This document shows positions 28,811 through 38,630 of a stretch of 64,000 bases of DNA, piece by piece (the stretch's first letter is position 1; every line of letters starts with the position of its first letter). The DNA lies in the IMG/VR virus record IMGVR_UViG_3300033120_000461, positions 1 to 64,000 of that record; one strand, 5' to 3'. A model generated the notes under the pieces. That model saw only the letters and a list, made by a program, of their open reading frames with translations, was not told the origin of the DNA and did no database searches. The stretch is from a virus. Taxonomy: Duplodnaviria > Caudoviricetes. The translations under genes and the position numbers were made by a program.

Positions 28811-29926
28811 TCACCCAAAGTTCCCTAGGGACAGCCTGTTCGTTCCAGGTAGCGCATAGGCTCCTGGGGCAGAGTAAACGATGGAGATTGAGATCGGTTC
28901 GAAGCTGTAATTCCGAACAGTGATGTCTGCGAGATAGACCGTAGGGTCGGAGGGGGATTGACGCACGCCCACATTGTCAATCGAGTACAACCTCTCTTTT
29001 GGCGAGATTCTCTGGTACTTTGACTGCAAAGCCTGTTGATTCTGAAGGTTTTTGAGAGCTTCACGAATCGAAGTACGGATGCTCTCCTCTGTGGCAGGGT
29101 TCGACTTTGAGCCAATCAGACTCATGAGGCTTGCCCCGTACCACGAGTAGTAGATGTTGGACTTCAACTCTGTGAGGAGAATCTTCAAGCATGACTGGTA
29201 GAGCAAATTCTCATTGTCAATGACAATGGACTGCCCCTCTGTGCCAAATCTGACGTCGTTCTCTACCTCTGTGCCTCTACACCTGAGACACTGGTTCCAC
29301 AACACCATGTAGGTTAAGGAGAAGTAGTAGTTGGACCGAATAGGGCGATCGAATCGAACGAAGTAGCCCTCTTCAAGACTCTCCTCTGCCCCCTGGTAGG
29401 AGATGTTGTAGAGGTTGAATGGTGGCACAACCTCTTGGCCACAAGCCCCTACTTGATTTAGGAACCCAATCCCTTCCTTCGCATTCCCACTGATGTGAAC
29501 CTGAGAGGAAGCCCCAAAGGCCAAGTTCTCAGTCAGATGAAGTACCCCGTCTGTCACCGTGGATAGCAGCCAAGGTCTCTCTGATGGATTCAGGACAGCC
29601 GAGTTGATGATTCCAGAGATCCTTTCCGCAGTCATGTACCCCACAGGGAGGTTCAACGATAGGGTTCGGGCCTGAGTTCGAATCGTCAGGTCTGTAAGAC
29701 CCGGAGACACCAAGTAAGGTTGAGCCTTGCTTGAAGTGAGTATCGCAGACGACTGGATTCCTTGAGATGGGCTGACTGTGAACTTGTCATTCAACACCAT
29801 CTGGAACAGACCCGTCCCAGAAATTGGCTTTTGAGTACGGAGTGTCATTCGGTCAGCTGAAAGCTGAGTGCGCTCTTCTCCGATTACATGGGGGCAAGAC
29901 CACCCGAGTTGAAAATCTTTGCTCAC
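28811..29926 (-). CDS. Baseplate protein with a C-terminal gp25-like domain
   Basis: YYSWYGASLMSLIG...IREAL...ERLYSIDNVGV...PTVYLADITVRN; directly upstream of baseplate J. Confidence 0.75.
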   Translation of the reverse strand: MSKDFQLGWSCPHVIGEERTQLSADRMTLRTQKPISGTGLFQMVLNDKFTVSPSQGIQSSAILTSSKAQPYLVSPGLTDLTIRTQARTLSLNLPVGYMTAERISGIINSAVLNPSERPWLLSTVTDGVLHLTENLAFGASSQVHISGNAKEGIGFLNQVGACGQEVVPPFNLYNISYQGAEESLEEGYFVRFDRPIRSNYYFSLTYMVLWNQCLRCRGTEVENDVRFGTEGQSIVIDNENLLYQSCLKILLTELKSNIYYSWYGASLMSLIGSKSNPATEESIRTSIREALKNLQNQQALQSKYQRISPKERLYSIDNVGVRQSPSDPTVYLADITVRNYSFEPISISIVYSAPGAYALPGTNRLSLGNFG

Positions 29927-29964
29927 GGTATCTCCTCAGGTTTGGTAATAGGGGAGGCACCGTA

Positions 29965-30834
29965 TCAGCCCAATCCAGTCCACTTCTCCTCACCTGTCTC
30001 AGCATCTTCGAGCAGGACAGGATAGGGAGGTGTTGACACGCTGGCGCGAGGAAGAGAGAAGTCGTACTCCCCTGTGTCCCCGATTGGATAGAACACGGCA
30101 TCAATGCTGTTCACAACCGACGAGAGGTTGAAGGAGATCGCAAAGTCTTCCCCATACGGGATCCCAGATATCACCCCACCTACCGCAGAGGGGAGGATCT
30201 CATCCCTCTCCAACATCAGCTGCTCTCTCAAGTCACACAGCTTGAGAATCCGAGCTTCGATGTCGTTACGCTTGGTGCGTATCTCTTTGGAGATCCAGTG
30301 CCTCGCACTGTGTACCACTGGAGCCATCTCCGCCGCCTCTGAGACGTACGTGATGTTGTTCCCGAACTTTCTAGGCGGGTATCTCCAGAGTGGGAGCCAT
30401 CCCCCTGTGTACAAACCAGAGGTAATAGGATCCGCCGACCGTGGTGAAACGATGCCCCCATACGGTTCGGTGTCTCGAATCACTGAAGTAGTTGACCCAT
30501 CTTCGGACGTCTCCTCACCCACAATCTCAAAGGAATCTGGGTGGAGGAACATCGAGATGTCAAATGGGTTCCCGCCTTGAGCGATGTACGCCTGAAAGAG
30601 TCGTTCCAGGGACGTATTCTGAGCCACGTCAAGACCTATCCGACGTTCAGACATGGGAGAGTTCGGGTTGCTAGGGTCTGTACGTTGGTACAGGACTCTG
30701 ATTTCCCCAATCCGAATCAACTCCGCATTGATGGCCCGGATTCTCGCAAGAGTGTCTCTGCGTTCATTCAGTGCAAACTTCCGAAAAGCTTGCCATGCGC
30801 CTTGACGAAAGAATCCTTGGAAGTTGAAGCTCAT
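29965..30834 (-). CDS. Hypothetical protein, probably structural
   Basis: 289 aa at the head of the baseplate block. Confidence 0.7.
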   Translation of the reverse strand: MSFNFQGFFRQGAWQAFRKFALNERRDTLARIRAINAELIRIGEIRVLYQRTDPSNPNSPMSERRIGLDVAQNTSLERLFQAYIAQGGNPFDISMFLHPDSFEIVGEETSEDGSTTSVIRDTEPYGGIVSPRSADPITSGLYTGGWLPLWRYPPRKFGNNITYVSEAAEMAPVVHSARHWISKEIRTKRNDIEARILKLCDLREQLMLERDEILPSAVGGVISGIPYGEDFAISFNLSSVVNSIDAVFYPIGDTGEYDFSLPRASVSTPPYPVLLEDAETGEEKWTGLG

Positions 30835-30858
30835 AGACCTATGACCTTACCACCTCAC

Positions 30859-31389
30859 TCACCAGATAGGAAAAAGTGACGCCTCTTGTATTGGAAGAGA
30901 GTCAATGACGATACTACATTGAATCTTGCCATTGACATCTCTACCTAGGTAGAGCGTCCTGAACCTCATGTCTGTTCTTGCATTTTTTCGGTGTCTGAGC
31001 TTGAGGAGTTTGGACAAGAACACTCCATTTGGGGTGCTCAGAACTCGTCCCTGGATATGATTACAGCATCTCTATCCATTTCAATTTTCTCGACGAGCAC
31101 AGCTGCATTGAGTGCAGATGAAAGGCTCTGACTAGATAGTTCTGAGTCTGGCCTGTGGCAAAAGGCCATCAGTTTTCGCTTGTTGCAGTCTTCTTCGAGC
31201 CGACTCAAGAACTCCTTGACAATATCTGTCTCCAAGTCGGACTCACTTTTCGCCTGCATGCAAATGCCAGACAAAGTGACAGAGCCGTTAGGGTGGATAG
31301 TGGCCGAGATGTTTGGGTCTCGCGCTGGACTCTTGGGGGTCACACGCATGTCAATCATGCGGATCAAGTCTTCTTTCTGTAGAGGTCAT
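30859..31389 (-). pseudogene. Disrupted paralog of 31416-31880 (prohead-protease-like)
   Basis: 34-nt insertion after ATG ACC TCT ACA GAA and a 2-nt AT insertion at 31057-31058. The homologous C-terminus (IQGRVLSTPNG...MRFRTLYLGR...IVIDSL) continues in the -1 frame to TGA 30859. Confidence 0.75.
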
Positions 31390-31897
31390 TTGCTCAACTT
31401 TCGAGTTCGTTCGCTTCAACCACCAATTGAATCAATGATGAACCCCAAAACAATTATGTCGGAATCCCTGTGCCTGCCAAAGGCTATCGTCCTGAACATG
31501 ATGCCTGTTGGTTCGTTGGCTTGGCTACGGTGCTTGATGATTTCGGCCAGGGATTTCCCACACGGGGTGTCCAGAACGGTTCCGTGTGCGATTGCAGCGT
31601 CCCCATCCAGTTCGACCTGATCTATGAGCACAGCCGCGTTGGCCAGACGAATCTGATTGTATTCGAAGAAGACGTCATTCTTCAGGAATGCCAGTGACGT
31701 TCTTTCGCCAATCTTTTCTTGGATCTGACTCAGAAGTGTTGCGACGATTTCTTCCGTGAAGTCTCCCGCGCTGTTCGCCTGCATGCAGATGCCAGACAAC
31801 TTGATGGATCCATCTGGATGAATAGTGGCGGAGATGCTGCGATCTCGCACCGGATTCTTGGGAGTTTCTGTAGAGGTCATTTGCTCAACTTTCGAGT
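31374..31897. repeat. 33-nt exact direct repeat (31374-31406 and 31865-31897) marking a ~491-bp tandem duplication
   Basis: TTTCTGTAGAGGTCATTTGCTCAACTTTCGAGT twice, each followed within a few nt by CGCTTCAACCACC. Confidence 0.9.
31416..31880 (-). CDS. Degenerate T4 gp21-type prohead protease-like protein
   Basis: LSGICMQA, NAAVLIDQV and VLDTPCGKSLAEII resemble gp21 (IEGIFMQA, LxTPxG), but the His and SSRG catalytic motifs are absent. Start at ATG 31880 (ATGA overlap). Confidence 0.55.
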   Translation of the reverse strand: MTSTETPKNPVRDRSISATIHPDGSIKLSGICMQANSAGDFTEEIVATLLSQIQEKIGERTSLAFLKNDVFFEYNQIRLANAAVLIDQVELDGDAAIAHGTVLDTPCGKSLAEIIKHRSQANEPTGIMFRTIAFGRHRDSDIIVLGFIIDSIGG

Positions 31898-32329
31898 ACG
31901 CTTCAACCACCGAACAAAAGATTGGTTTCCCAGAGCATTCTTCCGTTTTGACTGGATGTCAGCAATCACTGAATCCGGGTCGCCACCTTGTTGGATCAGG
32001 TACTCAGCAACGACCATGCTGGACCTATTGAAACCCGCGTAGCAGGTCACAAGGCATGTGCACCCTCTGGCATGTGCTTCTGTCAGAAGAGCTACAGCCC
32101 GGAGGATCTCGGATCTCTGGTCCTTCACACTAGCCCAGTCCGCAGTGTCATCTAGCCTTGCATGAACAAGGCCTTCCACATGAGAGATCATCTCTTTATG
32201 GAATTGGGGTACCTCAAAGGCGACATTCAAGAGGAACGTGAAATCTGAGAGTCCCTTCTCTTTGTAGCTGTGGATACCTCCGATTGCGAGTCGGGGTTGG
32301 ATGTAGTCGAACAAGTACAAGGGCTCCAT
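31877..32329 (-). CDS. Dual-specificity protein phosphatase
   Basis: CLVTCYAGFNRSSMVVAEYL (CX5R P-loop) and C-terminal NQSFVRWL. Confidence 0.85.
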   Translation of the reverse strand: MEPLYLFDYIQPRLAIGGIHSYKEKGLSDFTFLLNVAFEVPQFHKEMISHVEGLVHARLDDTADWASVKDQRSEILRAVALLTEAHARGCTCLVTCYAGFNRSSMVVAEYLIQQGGDPDSVIADIQSKRKNALGNQSFVRWLKRTRKLSK

Positions 32330-32336
32330 GTCCGTC

Positions 32337-32522
32337 TCAACTCAGGTGGGTTTGGCCAAGACTGACTTCGAGTCCAGTGATTCTCAAGTAAAGACCAAAC
32401 GGGCCCTCCCACCTCTCGTACTCTCCCCAGAACCATGGTCTTTGAACCATGATGCAGCAGCTCCCATAGTCCACAGCTGACCAGGAATTCCATTTTGAGG
32501 GGCTTGTCCACTTCAATTTCAT
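32337..32522 (-). CDS. Small Trp-rich hypothetical protein
   Basis: 61 aa, ATGA-coupled. Confidence 0.55.
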   Translation of the reverse strand: MKLKWTSPSKWNSWSAVDYGSCCIMVQRPWFWGEYERWEGPFGLYLRITGLEVSLGQTHLS

Positions 32523-32893
32523 ACGAACTCAGACGGTAAGAGGTTTTGATTTAGACCGGGGGCTTCGAGGGCTTCTGGGAAGACTCGTCGGAGGAGAGGC
32601 TCAAGGTAGCTGGAGTTTGAGCGGCAATTTTCGATCTCATCCAACGGGAAATCTTTAGGGAAAGTGACGATCCTCATTCCCATATCTCGATTCGAAGGTT
32701 TTTTCACCCACGGATCGAGTTGTTCACGAGAGCCTACTCGCACAAGAGTGACTCCGCCATCCCAGATTTGGATGACAAATGAAATGTCATCCATCATTGC
32801 AAGGATACGTTTTCCATCAGGAGCCAACATTGATGGGGTTGTTGACTCAACGAGGTAGAAGCTTCCGTTGCGTAGTTCAATGAATGAGGACAT
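32519..32893 (-). CDS. Hypothetical protein
   Basis: 124-aa ORF in an operon-like run. Confidence 0.65.
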   Translation of the reverse strand: MSSFIELRNGSFYLVESTTPSMLAPDGKRILAMMDDISFVIQIWDGGVTLVRVGSREQLDPWVKKPSNRDMGMRIVTFPKDFPLDEIENCRSNSSYLEPLLRRVFPEALEAPGLNQNLLPSEFV

Positions 32894-32903
32894 GCACGCT
32901 CTG

Positions 32904-33062
32904 TTAGTTGTTTACCCATGCGTGGTATTGCACACGTGAGTAAAGACCGCGCACATAGCACCAACCACAGTAACCATTCGTCTTCCGAATGCCGCTACAG
33001 CCGTGAGCAGCATTTACGCACGAGCCGTAAACCTGCTTCTTCAACCTTGCAATGAGGGTCAC
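32904..33062 (-). CDS. Small Cys-rich protein (52 aa)
   Basis: GTGA overlap with the ARH stop; MTLIARLKKQVYGSCVNAAHGCSGIRKTNGYCGWCY...; below the ORF-track cutoff. Confidence 0.55.
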   Translation of the reverse strand: MTLIARLKKQVYGSCVNAAHGCSGIRKTNGYCGWCYVRGLYSRVQYHAWVNN

Positions 33063-33973
33063 GTCTTCTCCCCTGCCCACTTAGATGTGCGAGTTCCTCT
33101 TTCTGGGATGAGGAAACCTTCACTGAGTTTGCGAAGGAACCTACTTCCGTAAGAGCCATTTTCAAGTGAGTGGTACAGATGTTCTGGGAAGACCCTAGGG
33201 TTTTTCATCCAGCTCAGTTCTTTGGACTGCATGCCTGCTCCATAGGCAATAGCTGCAACCGTGTCTGTGTCCCCGCCAAACTCCACACACAACTGGAGGA
33301 GGAGATTGGGTTCAGTGGCTCGCTTCAACACTGAGACAGCTGCCCGCACACACGCGATCCCGTCACAAGGCACACGTCCTGACCAGTCTCCACACCAATC
33401 GTATCCTGAGATATGTTGACTCAAGAAGTAGGGGAGGTCTTTGTTGGGCCCCAGAGCGTAGTAGCAGTAGTGAAACATCAAGGCAGCCGCCGCAGCGCTG
33501 TCTCTGCCCTCTGGCGTGTCATGAGTGACTGATGCCTGGAGCATTGAGAACTCGACTACATCAAACACTGAAGCAAAGATCCCACCTGGCAAAGCTCGCA
33601 TAGCGGCGCCTGATCTTGTGCTGTCTGGTTTGATCTCATCAAGGAACTGCTGACCAGTTTTCACACTGCACAGAAACTTGTAGAAACCCTTGGCGTATGT
33701 TTCTCGTGGGTCCCGCTCGAAACACCTTACAAAAGCATTGGCGATCTCAAGCTTTGTGATTGGTGTTCTTCCATTTGCTGCCTCATCCCTGTACCGCTGA
33801 ACTACTTCAGCAATGGCGATAGACATTTGGGTGTCATCCGTGTACACCCCTTTATCCTTGTTCGATAGAGCATGGGGGCGGTAGTACAGGTCGTTGTTTT
33901 TTTGAATGAACTCGTCATCCTTAAACTCAAACCCTGCTCCATAGGCATCGGCTACAGCGATATCAAGTAACAT
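33059..33973 (-). CDS. ADP-ribosylglycohydrolase (DraG/ARH family)
   Basis: AVADAYG, YTDDTQM, SGAAMR and GGDTDTVAAI metal-binding motifs intact. Confidence 0.92.
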   Translation of the reverse strand: MLLDIAVADAYGAGFEFKDDEFIQKNNDLYYRPHALSNKDKGVYTDDTQMSIAIAEVVQRYRDEAANGRTPITKLEIANAFVRCFERDPRETYAKGFYKFLCSVKTGQQFLDEIKPDSTRSGAAMRALPGGIFASVFDVVEFSMLQASVTHDTPEGRDSAAAAALMFHYCYYALGPNKDLPYFLSQHISGYDWCGDWSGRVPCDGIACVRAAVSVLKRATEPNLLLQLCVEFGGDTDTVAAIAYGAGMQSKELSWMKNPRVFPEHLYHSLENGSYGSRFLRKLSEGFLIPERGTRTSKWAGEKT

Positions 33974-34829
33974 TGGGTTCTTTCATGGTGAGAGCCTTCC
34001 GCACTCTTTCTTCAGATTCTGGGGTTGGGAGATTCAAGATGGCATCCGAGACTCCGGACAGGAGGATAGTTCCAACTCTAGCCCCCAGGTCATAAGCGGC
34101 TTCAATCGAAACCCCCAAGCCATCTTCAGTTTGTGGTTCCACAAAGATGCCTCTTAGCTCCAGGAAGAACTGGATCCTCTTCGATTCACTGATGAGGTGT
34201 TCCGGGTTGTCTACAACGATCACCACATGTGGGAAATCAAAAACTCTCTCGTTTTTGGGTTTTGAAACCCCATCCCCTGAGTCCGTTGTATGGAATCCCA
34301 AACCTTGAAGCCAACCTACTGTTCGAGTGATTCCAGGATCAAGAGTGGATTCTTGGACTGGATCTCGGGGCTTTGGTGGGGCGTCCTTGTCAACGAATGG
34401 CCTCAACAGATTGTCTGTCCAGCCGTCCTCGTTGATAACACGTATTGTCGAACGATACTCCCACCCATTGCCTTGAAGAAGATGGCCCCAAACCTCCTGA
34501 CGGTTGTGCCACTCCTGCTCAGAGACATCTTCTGGGCCCTCTGTGTTGTTCCAATACGAAAAGTCTTCCAGGTAGGAAGGCAAACTCTCTTTTGAGACCC
34601 TGGCTCGTGCGTCTTTGGGGCCATAGGCCACCATGTACACGCTGCCTTTGTGAGGCCAGAAGTGAACCCCACACCCTCCGATGTTCTCCCGCTCCCTACG
34701 TAGCTCTCCCATTGTAGCTGGAGCAAAACGCTCTGTGTACCCGCTGAACAACTCGGTTCTAAGCCAAGTCAGAGCGTCTTCAAAGTGGAGTATGTCGCAT
34801 CGAAACCCGTTGTAAATCTTGGTGCTCAT
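33963..34829 (-). CDS. Hypothetical protein
   Basis: 288 aa; MSTKIYNGFR start and FSYWNNTEGPEDVSEQEW motif. Confidence 0.7.
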   Translation of the reverse strand: MSTKIYNGFRCDILHFEDALTWLRTELFSGYTERFAPATMGELRRERENIGGCGVHFWPHKGSVYMVAYGPKDARARVSKESLPSYLEDFSYWNNTEGPEDVSEQEWHNRQEVWGHLLQGNGWEYRSTIRVINEDGWTDNLLRPFVDKDAPPKPRDPVQESTLDPGITRTVGWLQGLGFHTTDSGDGVSKPKNERVFDFPHVVIVVDNPEHLISESKRIQFFLELRGIFVEPQTEDGLGVSIEAAYDLGARVGTILLSGVSDAILNLPTPESEERVRKALTMKEPNVT

Positions 34830-34835
34830 AGGTGC

Positions 34836-35339
34836 TCACGCATATTCGCCATACCCTCGAAGCGCCACAATGCAGTCTTGCTTCGTTTCCTCGATGATGC
34901 CCGCAGCTTTCTCTTCAACCTCTTTTGACGTGGCCCCATACGTTGTGACATGAAAGTGCGCATTGACGTGGACATCAAGTGCCCACTGCTCATCACCCCA
35001 TCCATCAGCTTTCCTGTGCTTGAGTGAGATTGTACCACATTCGCTGCGCATGATGCTGGCATCGTCTGGTGTGGCTACAATGTCGTAGCCAAGGATTTTC
35101 AAAGTATTGGCGTTGATGGCCCGTAGTTCAGTGGTCTGTCCTCTTCGCCATGCCATGAACTCAGCAACAAGTTCCTTTGCGTCCTTTGAGGACATGCTCG
35201 GGTTTTCCATCAAAGCCTCCCGAACAAGTTCCGCTTCTCTTTGTGAGGTATTGCGCCCATCCTGTTTTTCATCCGAGACACCAAAAGTACCATCTGGGTG
35301 CAGGTAAGACTCGTCATCGTTGTCAAGCTTGCTGTTCAC
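34836..35339 (-). CDS. Hypothetical protein
   Basis: 167-aa ORF with GGAGG SD upstream. Confidence 0.65.
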   Translation of the reverse strand: MNSKLDNDDESYLHPDGTFGVSDEKQDGRNTSQREAELVREALMENPSMSSKDAKELVAEFMAWRRGQTTELRAINANTLKILGYDIVATPDDASIMRSECGTISLKHRKADGWGDEQWALDVHVNAHFHVTTYGATSKEVEEKAAGIIEETKQDCIVALRGYGEYA

Positions 35340-35366
35340 AGAGCCTCCACTTTCACGTAGTTCATC

Positions 35367-35813
35367 TCAGTCCTCCCTGACGTAAAGGTCAAAGTTCTTG
35401 TACTCACCTTCTCGGGAGTTCTCAACAAGCCCAAGAAAGACGGCTTTGACTTGGGTTGAGGGGAGGACCAAGGCAAAGAACGAGTCACACACAACTCCAG
35501 TCAAGAACATGATGTTGTTGGACTCAAGGTTTGTGGCCCGAATCAGATGCTGCTTGTACTGGCCATACCTGCCCTCAACGATTCGAGCCCCCAGATACAG
35601 ACCTTCCATAACCTCACCCACTTCAGGTTTCCAAGGCTTTGGGACTTCCAGCTTTCTCCAGGTCTTAGCTGGGGCATCTCTGGTCTCAGGGGTCTTGGAG
35701 ACTGTGTCCTTCTCAGACACAGTCTCTCTCCACGAGCAACTGTTACAGGAGTATGTAGTATCTCCCGAGGACTTGAAAGAAGAGGTGCTGGATTCACACT
35801 GGGGGCATAGCAT
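35367..35813 (-). CDS. Zinc ribbon plus OB-fold-like protein (possible ssDNA-binding)
   Basis: CPQC...CNSC, then WKPEVGEVMEGLYLG...YKQHLI...VKAVFLG...YKNFDLYV. Confidence 0.5.
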   Translation of the reverse strand: MLCPQCESSTSSFKSSGDTTYSCNSCSWRETVSEKDTVSKTPETRDAPAKTWRKLEVPKPWKPEVGEVMEGLYLGARIVEGRYGQYKQHLIRATNLESNNIMFLTGVVCDSFFALVLPSTQVKAVFLGLVENSREGEYKNFDLYVRED

Positions 35814-35987
35814 TCTTCCTCTTACGCTTTTTTGCGTTCCTTCAGCTTTTGATTTTAGAGTGGCGTTCGGAGGTTCCTAATGAAGAAGCGTTCAACCCTT
35901 GAAGAAGTTGTCACCCTAGCCGTGAACTTTGGCACCCTAAACGCACAGACTCTGAGGTTCTCTGCAAACTACATCAGGGACCGAGAC

Positions 35988-38630
35988 TCAGGATGCAACG
36001 AGAAGACTGATCAGATCCGTGATCAACGCAGGGACCCCGCCAGCCAAGACAACTAGACCCCCAGCATGGGATTCAGGCCCATCAGTTGGTTGGTTGGTGG
36101 CTGAAGTCAGACCAGAAACTATGCCATCAACGCCATTTCCAACAAGCACTAGACCTACAGCATCTGGGATTGTGATGGAAAGTGGGATCGAGAGATAGGC
36201 ACGGATACGTCTCAGGATTTCCTGAATCTCTCGAACTCTCTGCTCCAACATGCTGATGAAGGACAAGATGAGGTCTGCCCCACCTTGCACACCAGCTGCG
36301 ATCGTCTCAAGGAAATCCTGGATGAACGTAGTCACATCTGGGAGGCCAGAGAGATTCCCAATTGACTGGAAGGGCCTGACTGCAATCCAGCCGCCCGCTG
36401 CTGTACTCTCTCCTGCTGCAAGTCCTAGGACTGTTGCAGACAGCCTGTAAACCTCGGGTGTGAAGAGTTCTCGCGCATACCAAGCTCGTGTTGGTGTGGT
36501 GTTCCCTGTCATCCGAGGCACCACAACAGGGGACTGGAGTTGCAGTCGTGTCTCTATCCCGAGAACGCCCCACCCAAACCCAGGTGGGTTTGTCTTGTAT
36601 GAGGCAATCACACCCAAATCCCTAGCTATGCCCTTTGAGCGAGTGGGTTCTGTGCTCAACCCCTCAAAACAAGTTGGGTTCTTCGCCACGTACATCGTGT
36701 GTGGGTTACCCTCAGGGTCTGTGACCGTAAGACTCTCCAAGATGGACAAGTTGAGAGACTCAAGACCTGAAGCACCCGCTGTAGTTGTCTTTGACCATGT
36801 CCATTGAAGCAGTTCATTGAACGCAGAGGATCTCAACTCAAGCACAGACTGAGGCAGATTCCCTTGATGCTCGAAAATTTGATCCGCCAAGACTGCAATC
36901 TTGGTTCGGAGATCACTCCCAAAAGACATGGGAGTCGCTGAAGTAGTGAAGTAGTCCTCAATGTCACCAAAGATGGGCAACAGGTTCTGTGCGAAAGTCT
37001 CAAGGCCAGTCTCTCGATAGGTCGACCTTCTTGTGACCTCCTCGCCATAAGAAGAGGTTACGAGTTCTGTGTATGAGGCCTTCAGGGCAGGATTCAAGTT
37101 CACGCTTGGCAGGAGAACATCGCTCCGAGACAACACCATCACAGCCAACGCTGTGTTAAGTGCTTGAAGATATGTGTCTGCCTCTGCTGTAGGGAAAGAG
37201 ACTGAGACAGCGCTGGAAGCCAAACTTCTGTCTGTGGTCTGCAATCCCTCGGCTGCTGGTACGATGTTCACTGACTCAGGGGTAGTCTTTTGGACTATGT
37301 TCCATCGGAATCCTGAGGCGGACGTAACCTTGTTGCTCACAGAGAGAACACGCACGTAGACTGATTGAGGCTTTCTTGCGTTCCCAAAGTCTGGAGTTCC
37401 ATCCGGAAGGAATGGGGTTATCCAAGGGAGATCGTCGGCTAGCAACTCAAACGAGTATGTCCCGCCAACCAAAGATTGTGAAAGCACTTCCTCATGTGAG
37501 ATGTAGAAAGTGCGTCCGTTGAAGAATCGGCTGTCTCCAGCAGGGCCATCAAACACATTCGTGTGGATAAGCTGAGTGGAATCCAAGTTCTGAAGAAAAA
37601 ACGCTGGTTTCGCACCTGGTTTCAGAGACCCTGATTCTTCAAAACTGTCTTCCCAGTTCACCCCTGGGTCCAACTTGATGGAATCCCGACCTCCAAAAAT
37701 CTGAAGCGGACGACCCGTGTTCCCCTCTAGGTAAAGGCCTGTGGAGTAGGAAGAAGGTGTCTCCGAGCTTCCAACACTAGGCACCCCATCCACTCCACCA
37801 GTGCTTCCCTCAACAGGAGCAAGGTAGCCAACATACAGACCTTCTGGGAAGCAAGAGACTTCGACAAGGAAGCCATCTGGGGGGACCAGTGGAGATGGGA
37901 CTGTCGTGTTGGTCCCAGGACTAGGGGAAAGACCCCACTGTAGAATCGTGCTGGTTCGACCAAGCGTCCTAGATAGGGATGCTCGGAATGTTGCAACGGA
38001 TGAGGCAGAGGATCCACCTGTGGGCAGTCTGGTAGAGCCCCCCACGAAGTTGGCCTGCAAACCACTTGGTGTAGGTAGTGGGTTGGCGTTGATCGAAAAA
38101 CCAAAGAAGGTAGCGAACCCAGACACAAGCTGGTTGAGGAGATCAAACTGCGCGAAGTCTGGAAGGCCTCCAGGTACTGTCACCCCTCGAACACCATCCA
38201 CAAAAGATACGTCAACCCCAACGTACAAGAACAGAGCGAGGACAGAAGTAGAGGGAGCAAAGGTTGGACGTTGCAGGTCTGTTCGATCCATCAGGCGAGT
38301 GAGCATTCGATTCTGGTAGCCCACGTACCCGCCAAGAAGCTGGTTCCGAGTGCTGTCATCCAGCAGATACCAGTCCCCATGTACATAGAAGCCTGCTTTT
38401 CGGAAATCCAGAGAGAGTTTCTGCAAGACTGCAATTAGCTCTTGGATGATGGCTTGAATGGGGTTTAGGAGACTCGGGGTGAAACTCTTGATGATGCTGA
38501 GAACACTCAGAGCAATGTCCAATGCTGTGATGACCAGGTCGAAAATTCCATTGACCACAGACACGGCGTCTGTGATCTCGGGAATCTCGAACCGTATTTG
38601 CAGCCCGCCCCATTCTCCTGTGGTTGCCAT
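35988..38630 (-). CDS. Large hypothetical protein, probably virion structural
   Basis: 880 aa with amphipathic helical termini and a beta-rich centre. Confidence 0.75.
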   Translation of the reverse strand: MATTGEWGGLQIRFEIPEITDAVSVVNGIFDLVITALDIALSVLSIIKSFTPSLLNPIQAIIQELIAVLQKLSLDFRKAGFYVHGDWYLLDDSTRNQLLGGYVGYQNRMLTRLMDRTDLQRPTFAPSTSVLALFLYVGVDVSFVDGVRGVTVPGGLPDFAQFDLLNQLVSGFATFFGFSINANPLPTPSGLQANFVGGSTRLPTGGSSASSVATFRASLSRTLGRTSTILQWGLSPSPGTNTTVPSPLVPPDGFLVEVSCFPEGLYVGYLAPVEGSTGGVDGVPSVGSSETPSSYSTGLYLEGNTGRPLQIFGGRDSIKLDPGVNWEDSFEESGSLKPGAKPAFFLQNLDSTQLIHTNVFDGPAGDSRFFNGRTFYISHEEVLSQSLVGGTYSFELLADDLPWITPFLPDGTPDFGNARKPQSVYVRVLSVSNKVTSASGFRWNIVQKTTPESVNIVPAAEGLQTTDRSLASSAVSVSFPTAEADTYLQALNTALAVMVLSRSDVLLPSVNLNPALKASYTELVTSSYGEEVTRRSTYRETGLETFAQNLLPIFGDIEDYFTTSATPMSFGSDLRTKIAVLADQIFEHQGNLPQSVLELRSSAFNELLQWTWSKTTTAGASGLESLNLSILESLTVTDPEGNPHTMYVAKNPTCFEGLSTEPTRSKGIARDLGVIASYKTNPPGFGWGVLGIETRLQLQSPVVVPRMTGNTTPTRAWYARELFTPEVYRLSATVLGLAAGESTAAGGWIAVRPFQSIGNLSGLPDVTTFIQDFLETIAAGVQGGADLILSFISMLEQRVREIQEILRRIRAYLSIPLSITIPDAVGLVLVGNGVDGIVSGLTSATNQPTDGPESHAGGLVVLAGGVPALITDLISLLVAS

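Noticed and set aside
31038-31080. Programmed -1 frameshift in the second protease-like copy
   Set aside because: No slippery heptamer; a simple AT duplication explains it and a second upstream disruption points to decay.
34826-35062. 78-aa ORF overlapping 34836-35339
   Set aside because: Almost fully nested in another frame of a better-supported gene.
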